DNA of 64,000 nucleotides from positions 10,247,811 through 10,311,810 of the forward strand of contig NC_068997.1 in assembly GCF_001194135.2 (NCBI RefSeq), read 5' to 3'. The position numbers and the translations under genes are program-made. Positions 1-14,720 of the stretch are shown here, one piece after another. Under the pieces are notes generated by a model that searched no databases, was not told the DNA's origin, and saw nothing but the letters and a program-made list of their open reading frames with translations. Origin of the DNA: Octopus bimaculoides. Lineage: Eukaryota. Numbering within the stretch: the first letter of the stretch is position 1; each line of letters starts with the position of its first letter.

Positions 1-38
<38 letters not shown>

Positions 39-500
39 CTTTAGTGCCCTCTAAGATTCAGACGGATATATTGACTTTTATATTTTATTTCTGAAGCATG
101 TGAACTTACCGAAAGTTAACGAAGCGTACCATCTTACTGCTCTTTAGTGCGACAGAATGTCTTCATTGATTTCTTTGTTACGTTCGTCTGAACTCTGGAT
201 TCTTCGTTACTTATCAAATGACACCCACACCTCACCATTAGAACTCTGCCCTCCATCACCAAATACTTAAATACTTAATGTTTGAAATCGTCACAGATAA
301 ATGTCGCTGTAAGGAAGTATGTGCATAAGCTAATGCATATTTATGCATGCATGCATACATACACACACGAATATACACGCATGTTTATGCATTAGTATGT
401 ATATGTGTATATGTATATACATCTATATATGCATGCATGTCACTAAAATATGTATATATACATATACATATATATGTTACACGTGTTTTGTTCCAAAGCA

Positions 501-705
501 GAGAGCTGGCAGAATCGTTAGCACTCCGGGTGAAATGTTTAGCGGTATTTCCTCTATCTTTACGTTTTGAGTTCAAATTCCGCCGAGGTCCACTTTGGTT
601 TTTATCCTTTCGGGGTCGATAAATTAAGTACCAGTTACGTACTAGAGTCGATGTAATCGACTGGTCCCCTCACCCAAAATTTCGGACCTTTTTCCTTGAG
701 TAGAA
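501..705 (+). mobile_element. SINE family A (tRNA-derived head, core gcctttcatcctttcggggtcgataaa)
   Basis: gagctggcagaatcgttagc head, gagttcaaattcc B-box-like motif, shared core. Confidence 0.85.
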
Positions 706-1492
706 TAGATTACAAGATAAGAGTTACAAAATATACACGTTGAGAAAACATGTCAAATATTCTATCTGCAATTTTTTTTAAAATTCAAAAAATATTATTA
801 TATCTATTAATTTTGTCATAATTTTAATTATTTTAAAAATCTTTGTCTGAAAAATTATGGACAGGAGATTCTTTACGTGCTTTTTTCTTCGTGTAATCCT
901 TGTAATTCCTATTCTATAATGAGACAAGTATAACATGGAATTAAAGATACACTAAATTTTCCATACATGCATGCATACAACCATACATACATGAATGCAT
1001 GCATACATACATACATGCATACATACATATATACATGCGAACATACATATATACATGCATGCATACATACCTACATGCATACATACATAATACAAACATG
1101 CATATATATAAACATACATGCATACATACATATCTTTACCAGAGAATGGTTTTTGACAAATATGCTCACTGTACACACGTTGCTTCCTTCACAAGAGTCT
1201 GAGGAGAACTTTGCTTGGGAATCGATATACACATGCAAGCACACGCAAGCACACCAACCCACGCTCATTTATTCGAATGCACACTTAAATACACACACAC
1301 ACACACACGCACATAAACACGCACATAAACACGCACACATCATATGCTCATATGCACTAGAATATGTATATAAATATATATATGTGCGTGTGCGTGTGCG
1401 CACGTATATACATACATACATATCCACACGCACACGCACACGCACACGCACACGCACACACACACACACATACACACTCATTCGCATATGCA

Positions 1493-1541
<49 letters not shown>

Positions 1542-1858
1542 GCTTCTAATGACCTAAATTTATCGATACCATCAAAGCCTATATTCTCTATATTGTATTT
1601 ATTATTATTATTATTATTTTTTAATTAACTATTTCGTATTTGAGAAGAGAAAACGAACGAAGACACAGGAATCATGATTGCATTTTGACCTAATTTTCCC
1701 TTTACACATATCTCTGCACAGATGACATTACATTTCAGAGTGTTCTCTGTCTCTCATTCTCTCTCTTTCTCTCTGTCCTTCTCTATATTCTCTCTCTCTC
1801 TCTTTTCTTCTCCGCTTCCTTCTTTCTCTTCACTCAAATTAAACACACTGACAAAGAT

Positions 1859-1896
<38 letters not shown>

Positions 1897-4165
1897 CGTA
1901 TTTCTGTTCAGCAGTCAACAAGTCACACATGCATGTTCACATATGCCCACACCTACACAAATACAAACACGTACATGCACACTGACTCATGCATACATAC
2001 CTTGATGTTCGAACTCAACAAAATGCACGCGTAGGCAAATATGCATACGCATAAAGGGAAACATCCATACATACGTCCATCTAACTAAACATGTAGAAAC
2101 TACTTGGACTCGTCATCTAAAAAAAACAAGACGAATAAAAAACAAAGAAAAACAAAACAAACGTAAACTATTGTAGATAGCCTTATTGCTATATATATAT
2201 AAAATAAAAGACCTCACTATATATATAGTTTAGTATTGAATGGAGGAAGAAGCCAATCGTTACTAAACTATATATATAGTGAGGTCTNNNNNNNNNNNNN
2301 NNNNNNNNNNNNNNNNNNNNNNNNNNNNNNNNNNNNNNNNNNNNNNNNNNNNNNNNNNNNNNNNNNNNNNNNNNNNNNNNNNNNNNNNNNNNNNNNNNNN
2401 NNNNNNNNNNNNNNNNNNNNNNNNNNNNNNNNNNNNNNNNNNNNNNNNNNNNNNNNNNNNNNNNNNNNNNNNNNNNNNNNNNNNNNNNNNNNNNNNNNNN
2501 NNNNNNNNNNNNNNNNNNNNNNNNNNNNNNNNNNNNNNNNNNNNNNNNNNNNNNNNNNNNNNNNNNNNNNNNNNNNNNNNNNNNNNNNNNNNNNNNNNNN
2601 NNNNNNNNNNNNNNATATATATATATAAATATATATATATATACATACAAACGTACACAAACACATCTATCCAGCGGTACACACACATGTATAAAAATGC
2701 ATAAGGAAATGCTACAGTCCAATTAACTGTACCCAGGCTTGCCGAATCTCACGACTTAGTCGTGATTCTCACGATTTTACTCATAATCCCACGTTCTTTC
2801 GTTTCACAAGCAATTTCTCACGCCTTTTCAAAAGACAAACTACAAAAAAAAAAAAAAAACATCTAAAGACTTTTCTAAAGACCTATCACAGACCCGTGAT
2901 GCATTTTTAGCTTGCTCTTAGAACACTCTAAACAGACCAGCAGCATCTATGGTTCTTAACTTGATTTGTTCTGTTGCTTCTGCTTTCCTATCACAAAAAA
3001 TGAATATTTATAAAAAATCCTTAAGGACTACATTTTATTGTTCATTGTAGGTATGACGTGACACCGAATCCCAGTTGTGCTTATACAAAAACCCATTTTG
3101 CTAGGAAATTTAAAAGTATCTCAATACCTTTTATCATTTCTCACTACTTTTTGTAGCTCCAGCTTCAAATTCTCACGACTATTAACTTTTGAGTGTATGC
3201 AAATCTGTGTAGCACGGACAACTTACTCCAAATAACTGCCTGCTAATAACTGGGTAATTGCCCATTGGAGAATTGCCCGTTGGACAAATATGTTGCTAAA
3301 GACAATTGCACATTCGGGCAATTGTCGTATTATAACGAGCCTCTGAATTATTGCCCTCTGACGATGTTGAAATTTGGGTGTATGTGGAGGAATACAAACG
3401 GATTCTAAATATTGATTATTTGTCTCGCAATTGAAGGTTTAAATTACACTAGATGGATATGCATGAATGTATATACATACGCACATAAATACATACATAC
3501 ATACACACACACACACATGTATACATACGTACTTACATACATACGTACATACATGCATACATGTGTACAAATACGCATACATCCAAATATGTAAATATAT
3601 AAACAAACGTACGGGCGCGCACACACACAAAACCAAGCAAGCATACATATTTATTGCTAATATATAAGATATGCGCACACATGCACAAACACAAACGCAC
3701 ACATACCCAAACGCACACATACACAAACGCACACATACACAAACGCACACATACACAAACGCACACATACCCAATCGCACACATACACAAACGCACACAT
3801 ACACTCTTACGCGAGACACAAACTTTGACTTACCCCCCATATAAAGAGAATACATATGAAGACAATGAGAGTAGATTGCTGCAGGTGAGTTTTGAAATAT
3901 TCCACCTGACAGTCTTTATTAGCAACAGAGTTCTTTATGTCTTGAATTCACTGTAGATACAACATGCCTTTCTGACAGAATGTTGTCAGGTAAATGGTGC
4001 CATTTTCAACTTCTTCAAATAGCGAATATATTCCATTGATTAAACTATATTCGTCGGAAACTGTTCGTCGACGAAAAGAAAAGAAAAATGACAAAACAAA
4101 ATAGCACAAAAGTTTATCTGTCTTTCTCTTTTTCTCCTCTCTCTATCTGTGTATATGCCCGCCAG

Positions 4166-4233
<68 letters not shown>

Positions 4234-5777
4234 GCTGTCAGTCTGTCCGTCTGTCTGTCTGTCTGCCTGTCTACCTGTTTGCATGTCTACCTGTTTGCAT
4301 GTCTATCTCTATATACTCTTTATTGTATCGAGACCTTTCCCAAAGTATANNNNNNNNNNNNNNNNNNNNNNNNNNNNNNNNNNNNNNNNNNNNNNNNNNN
4401 NNNNNNNNNNNNNNNNNNNNNNNNNNNNNNNNNNNNNNNNNNNNNNNNNNNNNNNNNNNNNNNNNNNNNNNNNNNNNNNNNNNNNNNNNNNNNNNNNNNN
4501 NNNNNNNNNNNNNNNNNNNNNNNNNNNNNNNNNNNNNNNNNNNNNNNNNNNNNNNNNNNNNNNNNNNNNNNNNNNNNNNNNNNNNNNNNNNNNNNNNNNN
4601 NNNNNNNNNNNNNNNNNNNNNNNNNNNNNNNNNNNNNNNNNNNNNNNNNNNNNNNNNNNNNNNNNNNNTATTCACATACAAATATACGAGTATGTATATG
4701 AAAGAAGCCCTGTGTGTGTGTGTGTGTGTGTGTATAAGATAAAAAGAGAAGACAATGTACCAGCAAAATAATTTACATTACCACAACAATTGTTTCATCT
4801 TCAAGCTGCACTGCTCCCTTGTGGGCGTGGAACGATGCAATGACACCAGGTGCAACGCACAGAGCATAGAAAGAACTCAGATGTAAATATGCCAACTTAA
4901 AACCTTATTATCCCACCTGAGGAGTCATGGTATACTTGGTCAGTATATGCTGTAAATTTGGACTCCTATTGGAAAAGAACTAGTGGAACGAAAAGCCTGC
5001 TAAAGTAGTAGAAAATAAAGATACCACCCTTCTTTGAGTTTTTTGTAATCAAACTGAACATTGTTCTCATGAATCTTTCCCACATCCTAATAAAAAGGAT
5101 TGTCAACCTAAAGATACCCGATTCTCTTAAAATTCCAAATTGAAATAGATACTACAAATTTAACAGAATCTTAGTTCTCAGAATCTTGTCACGTTTCCTA
5201 AAATTGCATTGGTGCTAATCATAAATAACACTCAAAATAAAACGATCATCTTGCTGTTATTTGAGGTGCCTAGGTGAGACTTGGAAACAGCTCGTATAAA
5301 ACAAAGCAACATAAACAACAACAACAACAACAACACAAATAAAAATAGTACTAATAATGACAATGAACATAGCACTACTACTACTACTAATAATAATAAA
5401 CGTACTAATACTAATAGGACTATTAAGAAATACGCACTAATAATAACAATACTAATAATGATGGAAAATAAAAATAAGGAATAAGTGGAAATTTTACTGG
5501 TGAGTGTGTTAAATTATAAGGCACAAAAAGAAAATGACTCTCGCCAGATGCAAGAGAATATGCTTCAACACACGAACTGACATAAAGAAGAATCTTGCAA
5601 ACCAAATCCCCAAACGATAAAAAGTCCGTTTTTTGTGCTTCGTTTTGTTCCCGTTCCTTTTTTGACGTCCTGTACCCGGATGTGCATCTATATATACATG
5701 TAGATGTAGGTGTGTACATATATGTATGTATACATGCATAAACTCACGATAAAGATACACACGAACAATGTGTGCGA

Positions 5778-5841
<64 letters not shown>

Positions 5842-6099
5842 TCCACACACACACGTGAATGTCGAACAATGAGAAGGAGTCCTCAACACCGCATTGGTAG
5901 ATAAAACTCTTTATTTGTGTATTAAGGTTATCATTGGTTTCATGTTAACAAAATATCTTAATATCTCAACAATTTTTCAAGGCAATCACATGGACGAATG
6001 GTGTTCGTCACCATTTTGGAATTTAGTCCAAATTTTAGTGAAGGATATTTTCTTAACATGAAACCATTGGTAGTCTTAATACATATATAAAGTATACAC

Positions 6100-6335
6100 T
6101 CTTTTATTATTTTACTTGTTTCAGTCATTAGACTGCGGCCATGCTGGGGCATTTTTAGTCGAACAAATCAACTCCAGTACTTATTTTGAAGCGTGATACT
6201 TATTCTGTCGGTCTTTTTGCCGAACCAATAACTTACGGGGACGTAAACATACCAACACTGGTTGTTAATCGGTGGTTGGGAGATAAACAAAGACACAAAG
6301 AGGCACACACATACACTTAAATATATTCATATATA

Positions 6336-6370
<35 letters not shown>

Positions 6371-6535
6371 GACAGGCTTCTTTCAGTTTCTGTCTAGCAA
6401 ATCCACTCACAAGGATTTGGTCGGCCCGAGTCTACAGTAGAAGACACTTGCCCAAGGTACCACGCAGTGGGACTGAACCCCGAACCGCGTGGTAAGGAAG
6501 CAAGCAAGCAAGGTTCTTACCACACAGCCACGCCT
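6100..6535 (-). mobile_element. SINE family B (tRNA-like head, internal CA/TA microsatellite, ggccgcagtc..tgactgaaac tail)
   Basis: Near-identical architecture to 8021-8414; head gtggctgtgtggtaag..gggttcagtccca. Confidence 0.85.
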
Positions 6536-6586
6536 ATCTCTGCCTTTCGCCACCAACATTTATCTTCAACATTTGTCTCCTCTCCA

Positions 6587-6780
6587 TATGTATGTATGTA
6601 TGTACGTATGTATGTATGTATGTACGTATGTATGTATGTATGCATGTTTGTATGTATGTATGTATGTATGTATGTATGTATGTCTGTATGTATGTACGTA
6701 TGTATGTATGTATGTATGTATGTATGTATGTATGTATGTATGTACGTATGTATGTATGTATGCATGTTTGTATGTATATG
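6587..6780. repeat. (TATG)n tract; one of dozens of CA, TA, CT, TATG, TATC and AAT microsatellites
   Basis: Direct inspection. Confidence 0.95.
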
Positions 6781-7284
6781 AAATGTGTGAGCCGTCAGAT
6801 ATACGTAGCCAGATACGTCTTTCTATGGCAGTCATACACAATTGATGTATACGAGCCAGTTACTGCATAAAGGATAGAAATTATCGATCTACGAAAAGTA
6901 GTAGTAATAGTAGTAGTAGTATAATATGCTGCAATTTCTTGCTCTTGTTGGTGATCTTGGTGTCGTTGGTGATGTGGGAGAAAGAAGAGTCGAAAATGAG
7001 AAAGCATCCGCCTACGTGGTACTGAAGTTGTGTTTATCGAGGGAGAGCAAAGGGGTTTCAAATCAGATTGGTGTCACAGGTGCGAGAATATATTTTTGGC
7101 GCCAATTACATTAAGTGCGAGGAGATGCATCTTCTTCGAATCGATATATTGAAAAACTGGTTGTTGATTAGTCACTTAACATCTTTCAATCTAGTATCTA
7201 CTTTTCCATATCTCTGAGAATGGGAAGATAAATATGTTCTTTTGAATTTATACGTTTTTGCGTCGTAACTCCTTTATTATTATT

Positions 7285-7364
<80 letters not shown>

Positions 7365-8020
7365 GACACACACTTATATATACTTACACACACACACATA
7401 TTTATATTTATATATACGGAGAGAAGTTCTCTTCGCAATCACGGGTACCGGATTTAGTTCTACTGCGCGGTACCTTGGGTAGTTTCTTTTACTCTACGCC
7501 GAAGCCGATCACCTTATGAACGAAGTTTGTAGACGGAAACCACACACGACCTCCTCGTATGTGTTAGCCAGCTGGAAGAGATGTCTTTCTGGGGCTATAA
7601 ACGTCAGTAGCACTGTACTGTATAGGACGCCACACTTGGTTGGCAATTATATATATATATATATATATATACATACATACATGCACACGAGCATACATGC
7701 GTTGCATAAATGCATGTATCGACCCAACCATTCATCCATATATCCATACATATTTACATTCATACCTACATGCCTAAATGCATACATGCAGGCATAAATA
7801 CATACACTTTTATGTTTTCCATAATTATTTTATCAAATTACTGTAAACGCCATAAACTTAATTTCCATTGAAATTAATTGGTGGTGTTATTTATGAGAAT
7901 TAAGGAATTAAATCCAAAAGTGCTATGAATGGGTATTATGTGCCCAATTAAATATTAAATTAATCTTCTGTCGTTTGGGGATTAATTTGTTTTTTTTTAC
8001 GAGTAAATTTTACTCGTTAC

Positions 8021-8208
8021 TTATTCTTTTCTTCTTTTACTTGTTTCAGTCATTTGACTGCGGCTATGCTGGAGCACCACCTTTAGTCGAACAAATCGAC
8101 CCCAGGACTTATTCTTTCTAAGCCTAGTACTAATTCTATCTGTCGCTTTTTCCGAACCGCTAAATTGCGGGGACGTAAACACGCCAGTATCGGTTGTCAA
8201 GCGATGCT

Positions 8209-8252
<44 letters not shown>

Positions 8253-8414
8253 GACGGGCTTCTTTCAGTTTCCGTCTACCAAATCCACTCACAAGGCTTT
8301 GATCAGCCTGAGGCTATAGTAGAAGACACTTGCCCAAGGTGCCATGCAGTGGGATTGAACACGGAACCAAGTGATTGGTAAGCAAGCTGTTTACCACACA
8401 GCCACTTCTGCGCC
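8021..8414 (-). mobile_element. SINE-B copy (partial copies near 7430, 12590, 14060, 26578 and 38480)
   Basis: Same head, core and tail as 6100-6535. Confidence 0.85.
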
Positions 8415-8858
8415 GAATACAATTACAAAGCTGTTAGTAATATTCTTATGATAATAGATGCGATAGAACTTATTAGATAGTACCGTAGTGAAATATACTT
8501 TATGCAAATTAATTCTTTCTTGGAGCTGGATATCGAAGCACACATGCTATAAATAATAGTTCGTCCACATTACTCTCGGTTTCTCTTGCGTATATGTATT
8601 CCTCCTCGGACGGGACGCTGGTCCGTTGCATGTTTATCCGTTTCTACCAGCTGAGCGTATTCAGCATGTCGATATTAGGTTGCAGAATCTTTTCTCGAGA
8701 CCCAGTTTCCACCCATGCCAAAATCATTATTCAACGTTCTCTGGTAAGTTTATGAATTCGTATTACGTCAGCCGTCCACAATTGTTTACGCAGTTTAAAT
8801 TGTTATTAATTTAGGTACAGGGCCGACTATTTTGGCGGAAAGTGATTAGTCAGTCCTT

Positions 8859-8869
8859 CACATTTAACT

Positions 8870-8933
<64 letters not shown>

Positions 8934-9158
8934 AATATATATATAGAGAGACATATATATGTATATACGTTTGTGTGTGTACGTGTGTGTCTTTGTATTT
9001 GTGCTTGTGTCCCACCATCTCTTGACAACACGTGTTGGCTTGCTTACGTGCCTGTAGTACTGCTGGTGACTTTGTGGTCGGCGGAGAACACTTTGCTCTT
9101 ATGTGGCCTTTCTGGCCACATTTATAACATCGGGGCTTCCCGTCCTCCACATTTAACT
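8859..9158. other. Chimeric insertion copied from 12735-12945 (inverted) and 13712-13808 (direct), flanked by an 11-bp direct repeat
   Basis: Direct sequence comparison; cacatttaact at 8859-8869 and 9148-9158. Confidence 0.75.
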
Positions 9159-10545
9159 CCACATTTGTCAGTACCAGTGACTCGCTCTCCCGACTGTTTC
9201 TTTAGTTAATCAACATCGGCGGCATTAAACGCAGTTAACTCGGCAGGATTTGGAGTTAGAACGATAAGAGTTGGAATCAATACTGCAAGGCATTTTTCGA
9301 AGCTCTGACGATTCTTCCCAACCATTGCCGCTTTTATATGCGATTCAACTTATTGATTTGATTGAGAATAGAGTATTGTAAACCGGAGAATTACCAGAGT
9401 TGTTGGGACAGGATTCGTTCCTAGAACTCTGTAATGCGAGTTCTAATCCTGTTGATGCTATATTTACCTTTCATTACTTCAGGGTCGATAAATAAATTAT
9501 CTCATGTACAAAGGGAGTTGAAGTGGTAGAATCACCAGGATATCGGGAGTAATTTGCTCTGCCACGTTTGGTCTGGTTCTTTGTATTCTGAATTCAAATT
9601 CCAACTAGCTAGGGTTGATCTACCGACTCCAGGAACACTCCATCCACCTCAGCAACTGATTAATGCCGACAGGACGGCTTTCATTCAGGATAGATAAACT
9701 TGCAACGGCATGTCGAGGATTTCATCCAGGAGTGGATTGGTAACAGTTAAATAGAGAATGGAAGGTGGTGAGCGTACAAGAAGTAAACTCAAATTTGTTG
9801 CTGTTGTTTTGTTTAGCTCAACTAAACCGTTGAAGGCATGTCCCAGCATGGCTGCAGTTCAATGACAAATAAATGATGTACTATTATATTCATCCATTCA
9901 GATCGGACGATTTGTCGGGATCAATGTACTTCTTCTTCCACGCCAGATGTCCCCTTCGAGCAAAGAGGTATTAGTGCTTCCTCGGGGTTTTAGTCACATT
10001 GTAAAATCTCATTTGCTGAAATACTTCATCTGAGCTTGTCACGACTACAAAAGAGGACAGTAGTTCGCTATTTAAACTGGTTGATCCCGGCCGTTGACAA
10101 TTTGTTGTCCATTCATCCGTTCATTATCTCGTGATATTCGCCATTGACTCAATAAATTCCGCTGCCATGATAGTTAACATCCACCATGCTGCATTTCATG
10201 ATTTCAACGTATCCTAGCTCGAGTGGTAACATGCTATTTAATCTTTAGTTGGGACCCTGATAAGTGGGACCTTGTACAAGTCCCGGTCAAAGTAGACCTA
10301 GGAACAAAAGCGGCTAAGAGGTAGTTCTTCAAAAACCTGTAAGTCCCTTACAAGAGCCCCATTACCGGATGTAGTTTAAAGTCACCCCAGGACCTTATGG
10401 TATACTACCAAAACTATACTAATAGTATGTCACGATTCCCAGGCCATATATATAATTCAGATGCGGTTTTTCATTTCCGAAAAATGCTCCATTAATGTCT
10501 ACATCTATATTAAGATGAATCCTTTTTATTATTTTTATGTACTCA

Positions 10546-12155
10546 GGCGGCGGGCTGGCAGAATCGTCAGCACCCCGGGTGAAATGCTTAGCGGTATTTC
10601 GTCTGCCGCTGCGTTCTGAGTCGACTTTGCCTTTCATCCTTTCAGAGTCGATAAATATAGTAGCAGTTACGCACTGGGGTCGATGTAATCAACTTAATCC
10701 CCTCCTCCAAGCTGCCCTTGTGGCAAAAATTTGAAATCATTACTATATGTGACTTTACAGGGCGGCGAGGTGTCAGATCCTTTAGCACGACGAGCAAAAA
10801 CACTCATCGTATTTTTGCCCAACTTTACGTTCTGCGTTCAAATTCCGCCATGGTCAGCTTTGCCTTTCATCCTTTCGGGTACGATAAAATAAGTATCAGT
10901 CAAGTACTAGGCGTCGATGTAATCTTTTCTTTACTACTCTAGGCACAAGGCCCGAAGTTTTAAGGGAGGGGGCCAGTCGATTAGATCGACCCCAGTACGC
11001 AACTGGTACATAATTTATCGACCCCCGAAAGGATGAAAGGAAAAGTCGACCTCGGCGGAAATTGAACTCAGAACGTAAAGACAGACGAAATACCGCTAAG
11101 CATTTCGCCTGGTGTGTTAATGTTTCTGTCAGCTCACCGCCTTGCATCGGTGTAATCTGCTCCCGCCTCCCCCCAAAAGCTGATGGCCCTGTGCCAAAAT
11201 TTGAAACCATTATTATATGTGATTTAAGTTTTGTATTTCAACCAGTGATTGAAAAACCGATCACGTTGAAAATTTAGAAGCAGCAGACGTCTGCAATATG
11301 CAATGAATAACAAGATTTTATTTTCAGTATTATCGAGTTATTTTTTTATTTAATGTATTCATGTTTTTAATTTCTAAAATAAAGATCATTTGCATTTTAA
11401 TTAATAACGTCACAGTATCGACCGATGTATCGATTGCTGTTACTGTTATACACTACTCGTCACAATGCGCTTCCTCGCATTGTTGTAACTTTCGAATGAT
11501 GCTATCTCGCTAGCTAGACAAGCAGGCTTGTTGCATATGAGCGACAGAGATGGAGACATTCCCCCCCTAAACGGGACGCCGTTCCATCTCAGTGTTGTTA
11601 CTTTACAGCTGGGTGGACTGGGGCAGTGTGAAATAATGTGTTTTACTCAAGAACACGACGCGCAGCCGGCCTGGTAATCGAAATCAGGATCCTGCGATAG
11701 TGAGAGCAACTCTAGGCCACGCACCTTCACTAATTAATAACACAAGGCCTGAAATTTTTGGGGAGGGAGCCAGTCGATTAGATCAACCCCAGTACGCAGC
11801 TGGTGCTGAATTTATCGACCCCGGTGAACCTCAGTAGAATTTGAACTCAGAACATAAAGTCGAACGAAATGCCGCTAAGCATTTTTCTCGGTGCGGTAAC
11901 GATTCCTCCAGTTTGCCGCCTTAATCGAAATCATAATATTGAATTCGAATTTTGGCCCAAAGCCAGCAATTTTGGAGGAGAGCATAAGTCGATTACATTG
12001 ACCCCAGTGCTCAGCTGGTACTTATTCCTTCGATCCCAAAATGATGAAAGGCAGAGTCGACTCCGGCGTCATTTGAACCTCCAACGTAAAGGCGGATGAA
12101 ATGCCGCCAAGTATTTAGTCTAGCGCGCTTACGATTCTGTCAGCTCGTCGCCTGC
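10546..12155. mobile_element. Cluster of five SINE-A copies (10546-10743 +, 10760-10930 +, 10942-11142 -, 11745-11920 -, 11955-12153 -)
   Basis: Same head and core motifs in both orientations. Confidence 0.8.
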
Positions 12156-12859
12156 AAACAAAAACATAATATTAATAAGAAATAATGTTTATACATTTAC
12201 CACAAAGGCACAAACAAGAAAAACCAACTTACCAACCAACCACCAAGCCAACTAACCAACTAACAATTCTCATGTTAAAAGAATTCTTCTGAGGCAACAT
12301 ATTGAATCGCGATGCGTTTGGATTATTTTTCTCTCTTTGTCTGTCTGAAATATCAGACCTAGCCAACCCCTTCCAGCTATCAGTTCTGCTCTACCAGCGC
12401 ATTTTGACACCACCTTGTATTATTATTACTTCGTTTGTAAATCGACACAACACAGATTAGATTGTTCTCTCTTAGTAAAGATGCTAATATTTTCGGGAAG
12501 CAGATATTACAGCTCAACACAATACTGTAATATGCTATTTTATTATTACATAATGAATACTAAATAGATTATATAATAGTCTAGCTTTTATCTTTTATCT
12601 TTTATGTTTTTCAGTTATTAGATTGCGGCTATGCTGTAACACTATATTGATTAGTTTAGTCGAACAGATCGACCACAGTATTTAAAGTCTTGTACTTATT
12701 CTATCAGTCTCTTTTGTGCAATCCGTAAGTTAAGGGCACGTAAGAAAGCCAACACGTATTCTCAAGAGATGGTGGGACACACGCACAAATACAAAGACAC
12801 ACGTACACACACAAATGTATATACATATATATATATATATGTCTCTTTCTATATATATT

Positions 12860-12940
<81 letters not shown>

Positions 12941-12984
12941 GTATGTACATCGCGCTTTGACAATCAGATGATTGTAGCAACGAC

Positions 12985-13960
12985 TTCTTTATTGCCCACA
13001 GGGGGCTAAACATAAAGGGACAGTACAAAGATAGACAAAAATACAAAAGTAAGGAAACAATAAACGAATGAAAATGATGGTATGAAAAAATGAATGGATG
13101 AAATGATGGCCACTCGGACCCCACAATCCAAATGACCTCATTGAAACTTTTTAAAAATAATTAGACACTTAATATGTCCAGGTTAAATTCTTTTAAAAGT
13201 CTTTGATAGCTTACCGTAGACTGCACTCCCCTGGAATCTATTTCTTTTTGTGAGATAATCACATTTCTCCCGTAATCCTCACTTAATCTTTGTGAGCTCT
13301 TTCAGTCCATTAATACACATTTAACTTGCGAGAGCACTCCCTCACACCCTTCAGTATCGACTTGGCCAGATTGTTTCTTTCCTCGCACAACTCATTGTAA
13401 AAAAACAGGGCGGGGGTTTGGGAATTTGGGGCTCCTGTGTGTTTGTAGCTATATTATCAGTGTCTAGAGGGGTAGGTGAGTGTTGGTGTCTGTAGGGGGA
13501 GGGAAACAGAGTGGGGCGAGGTGCGGGTTAGGATGGGGGTTAAAATCAATACAATGAGTTCTCTTTTTTCTCTTTTTCCGGCTTACCGTCTTCCATTCTT
13601 CTCTTTACTCTTCCTCCATTTGTGCCTCCTTGCCATCCTTGCCGGGCTCATTCACACTCCTTCCTGTACTATTTGTCATTGCAGAAGGTAGAAGTGCGAT
13701 TTTCCTTCGGTCCTGTAGTACTGCTGGTGACTTTGTGGTCGGCGAAGAACACTTCGCTCTTATGTGGCCTTTCTGGCCACATTTATAACATCGTGGCTTC
13801 CCGTCCTCAATTATAACTCTTAATACCTCCTTCTCGCCCACCGTTATGGTGTCGACTGTTCTTTCAAAGTCCTCCAGAGCAGCCTGGATGATTATCTCCA
13901 GTGTCTGCCCTTGCCAATTCTTCGGTGGCGTTCTCGTTATTTGGAGAGCTTCTATCTTCT
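12985..13960 (-). mobile_element. Internally deleted non-LTR retrotransposon with a CCHC-knuckle ORF1 fragment
   Basis: VLRVIIEDGKPRCYKCGQKGHIRAKC (CX2CX4HX4C); 3' tail gcccctgtgggcaataaagaa. Confidence 0.65.
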
Positions 13961-14220
13961 AAAGTTTCTGCCAGCTCACCACCTTGCTTTACTCCTATAC
14001 TCTACAAGATATTATTCTAGAACGCTATCCAGGCGTAACATCGTCATATTCTTTTATTCTTTTACATGTTTCAGTCATTTGACTGCGGCCATGTTGGAGA
14101 GACCGATAGAATAAGTGCTAGGTTTACAAAAGAGTAAGCCCTGGGGTCGATTTATTCGACTAAAAAAAGCAGTGCTCCCCATGGCTGCAGTTAAAAGACT
14201 GAAACAAATAGAAGAATAAA

Positions 14221-14287
<67 letters not shown>

Positions 14288-14379
14288 GTACATATATATA
14301 TGTACATATATATATACATATATAAACATACACTATATACAACTTCATATCTATTATATCTATGATTATTAGAGTGACA

Positions 14380-14720
14380 AAGGCGGCGAGCGGGCGAAAT
14401 GCTTAGTGGTATTTCGTCTGTATTTACGTAGGTCGACTTTGCCTTTCATCCATTCGGGGTCGATAAATTCAGTACTAGTTGCGTACTAGGGCCGATCTAA
14501 TCAACTGGCTCCCTCCCTCAAAATTTCGGGCCTTGTTCCTAGAATAGAAAAGAATAGTTAGCATGTCGGAAAAAATGCTCAGCGACATTTCTTCCGGCTT
14601 CACGTTCTGAGGTCGACTGTACTTTTCTTTCTTTCGGTGTCGGTAAAATAACTACAAATAGAGCACTGGAATCGATGTAACTGGCTTCCCCTTCCCTTCC
14701 GTAATCCTGGCCTTTTCTCA
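14380..14720 (+). mobile_element. Two tandem SINE-A copies about 0.9 kb upstream of the SK ORF
   Basis: Head gaaatgcttag plus core ggtcgactttgcctttcatcc. Confidence 0.75.

Noticed and set aside
343-7797. Many HT/YI/CV/MYVC-rich ORFs here and throughout the window, including ORFs spanning N-gaps
   Set aside because: Artefacts of stop-free microsatellites and gaps.
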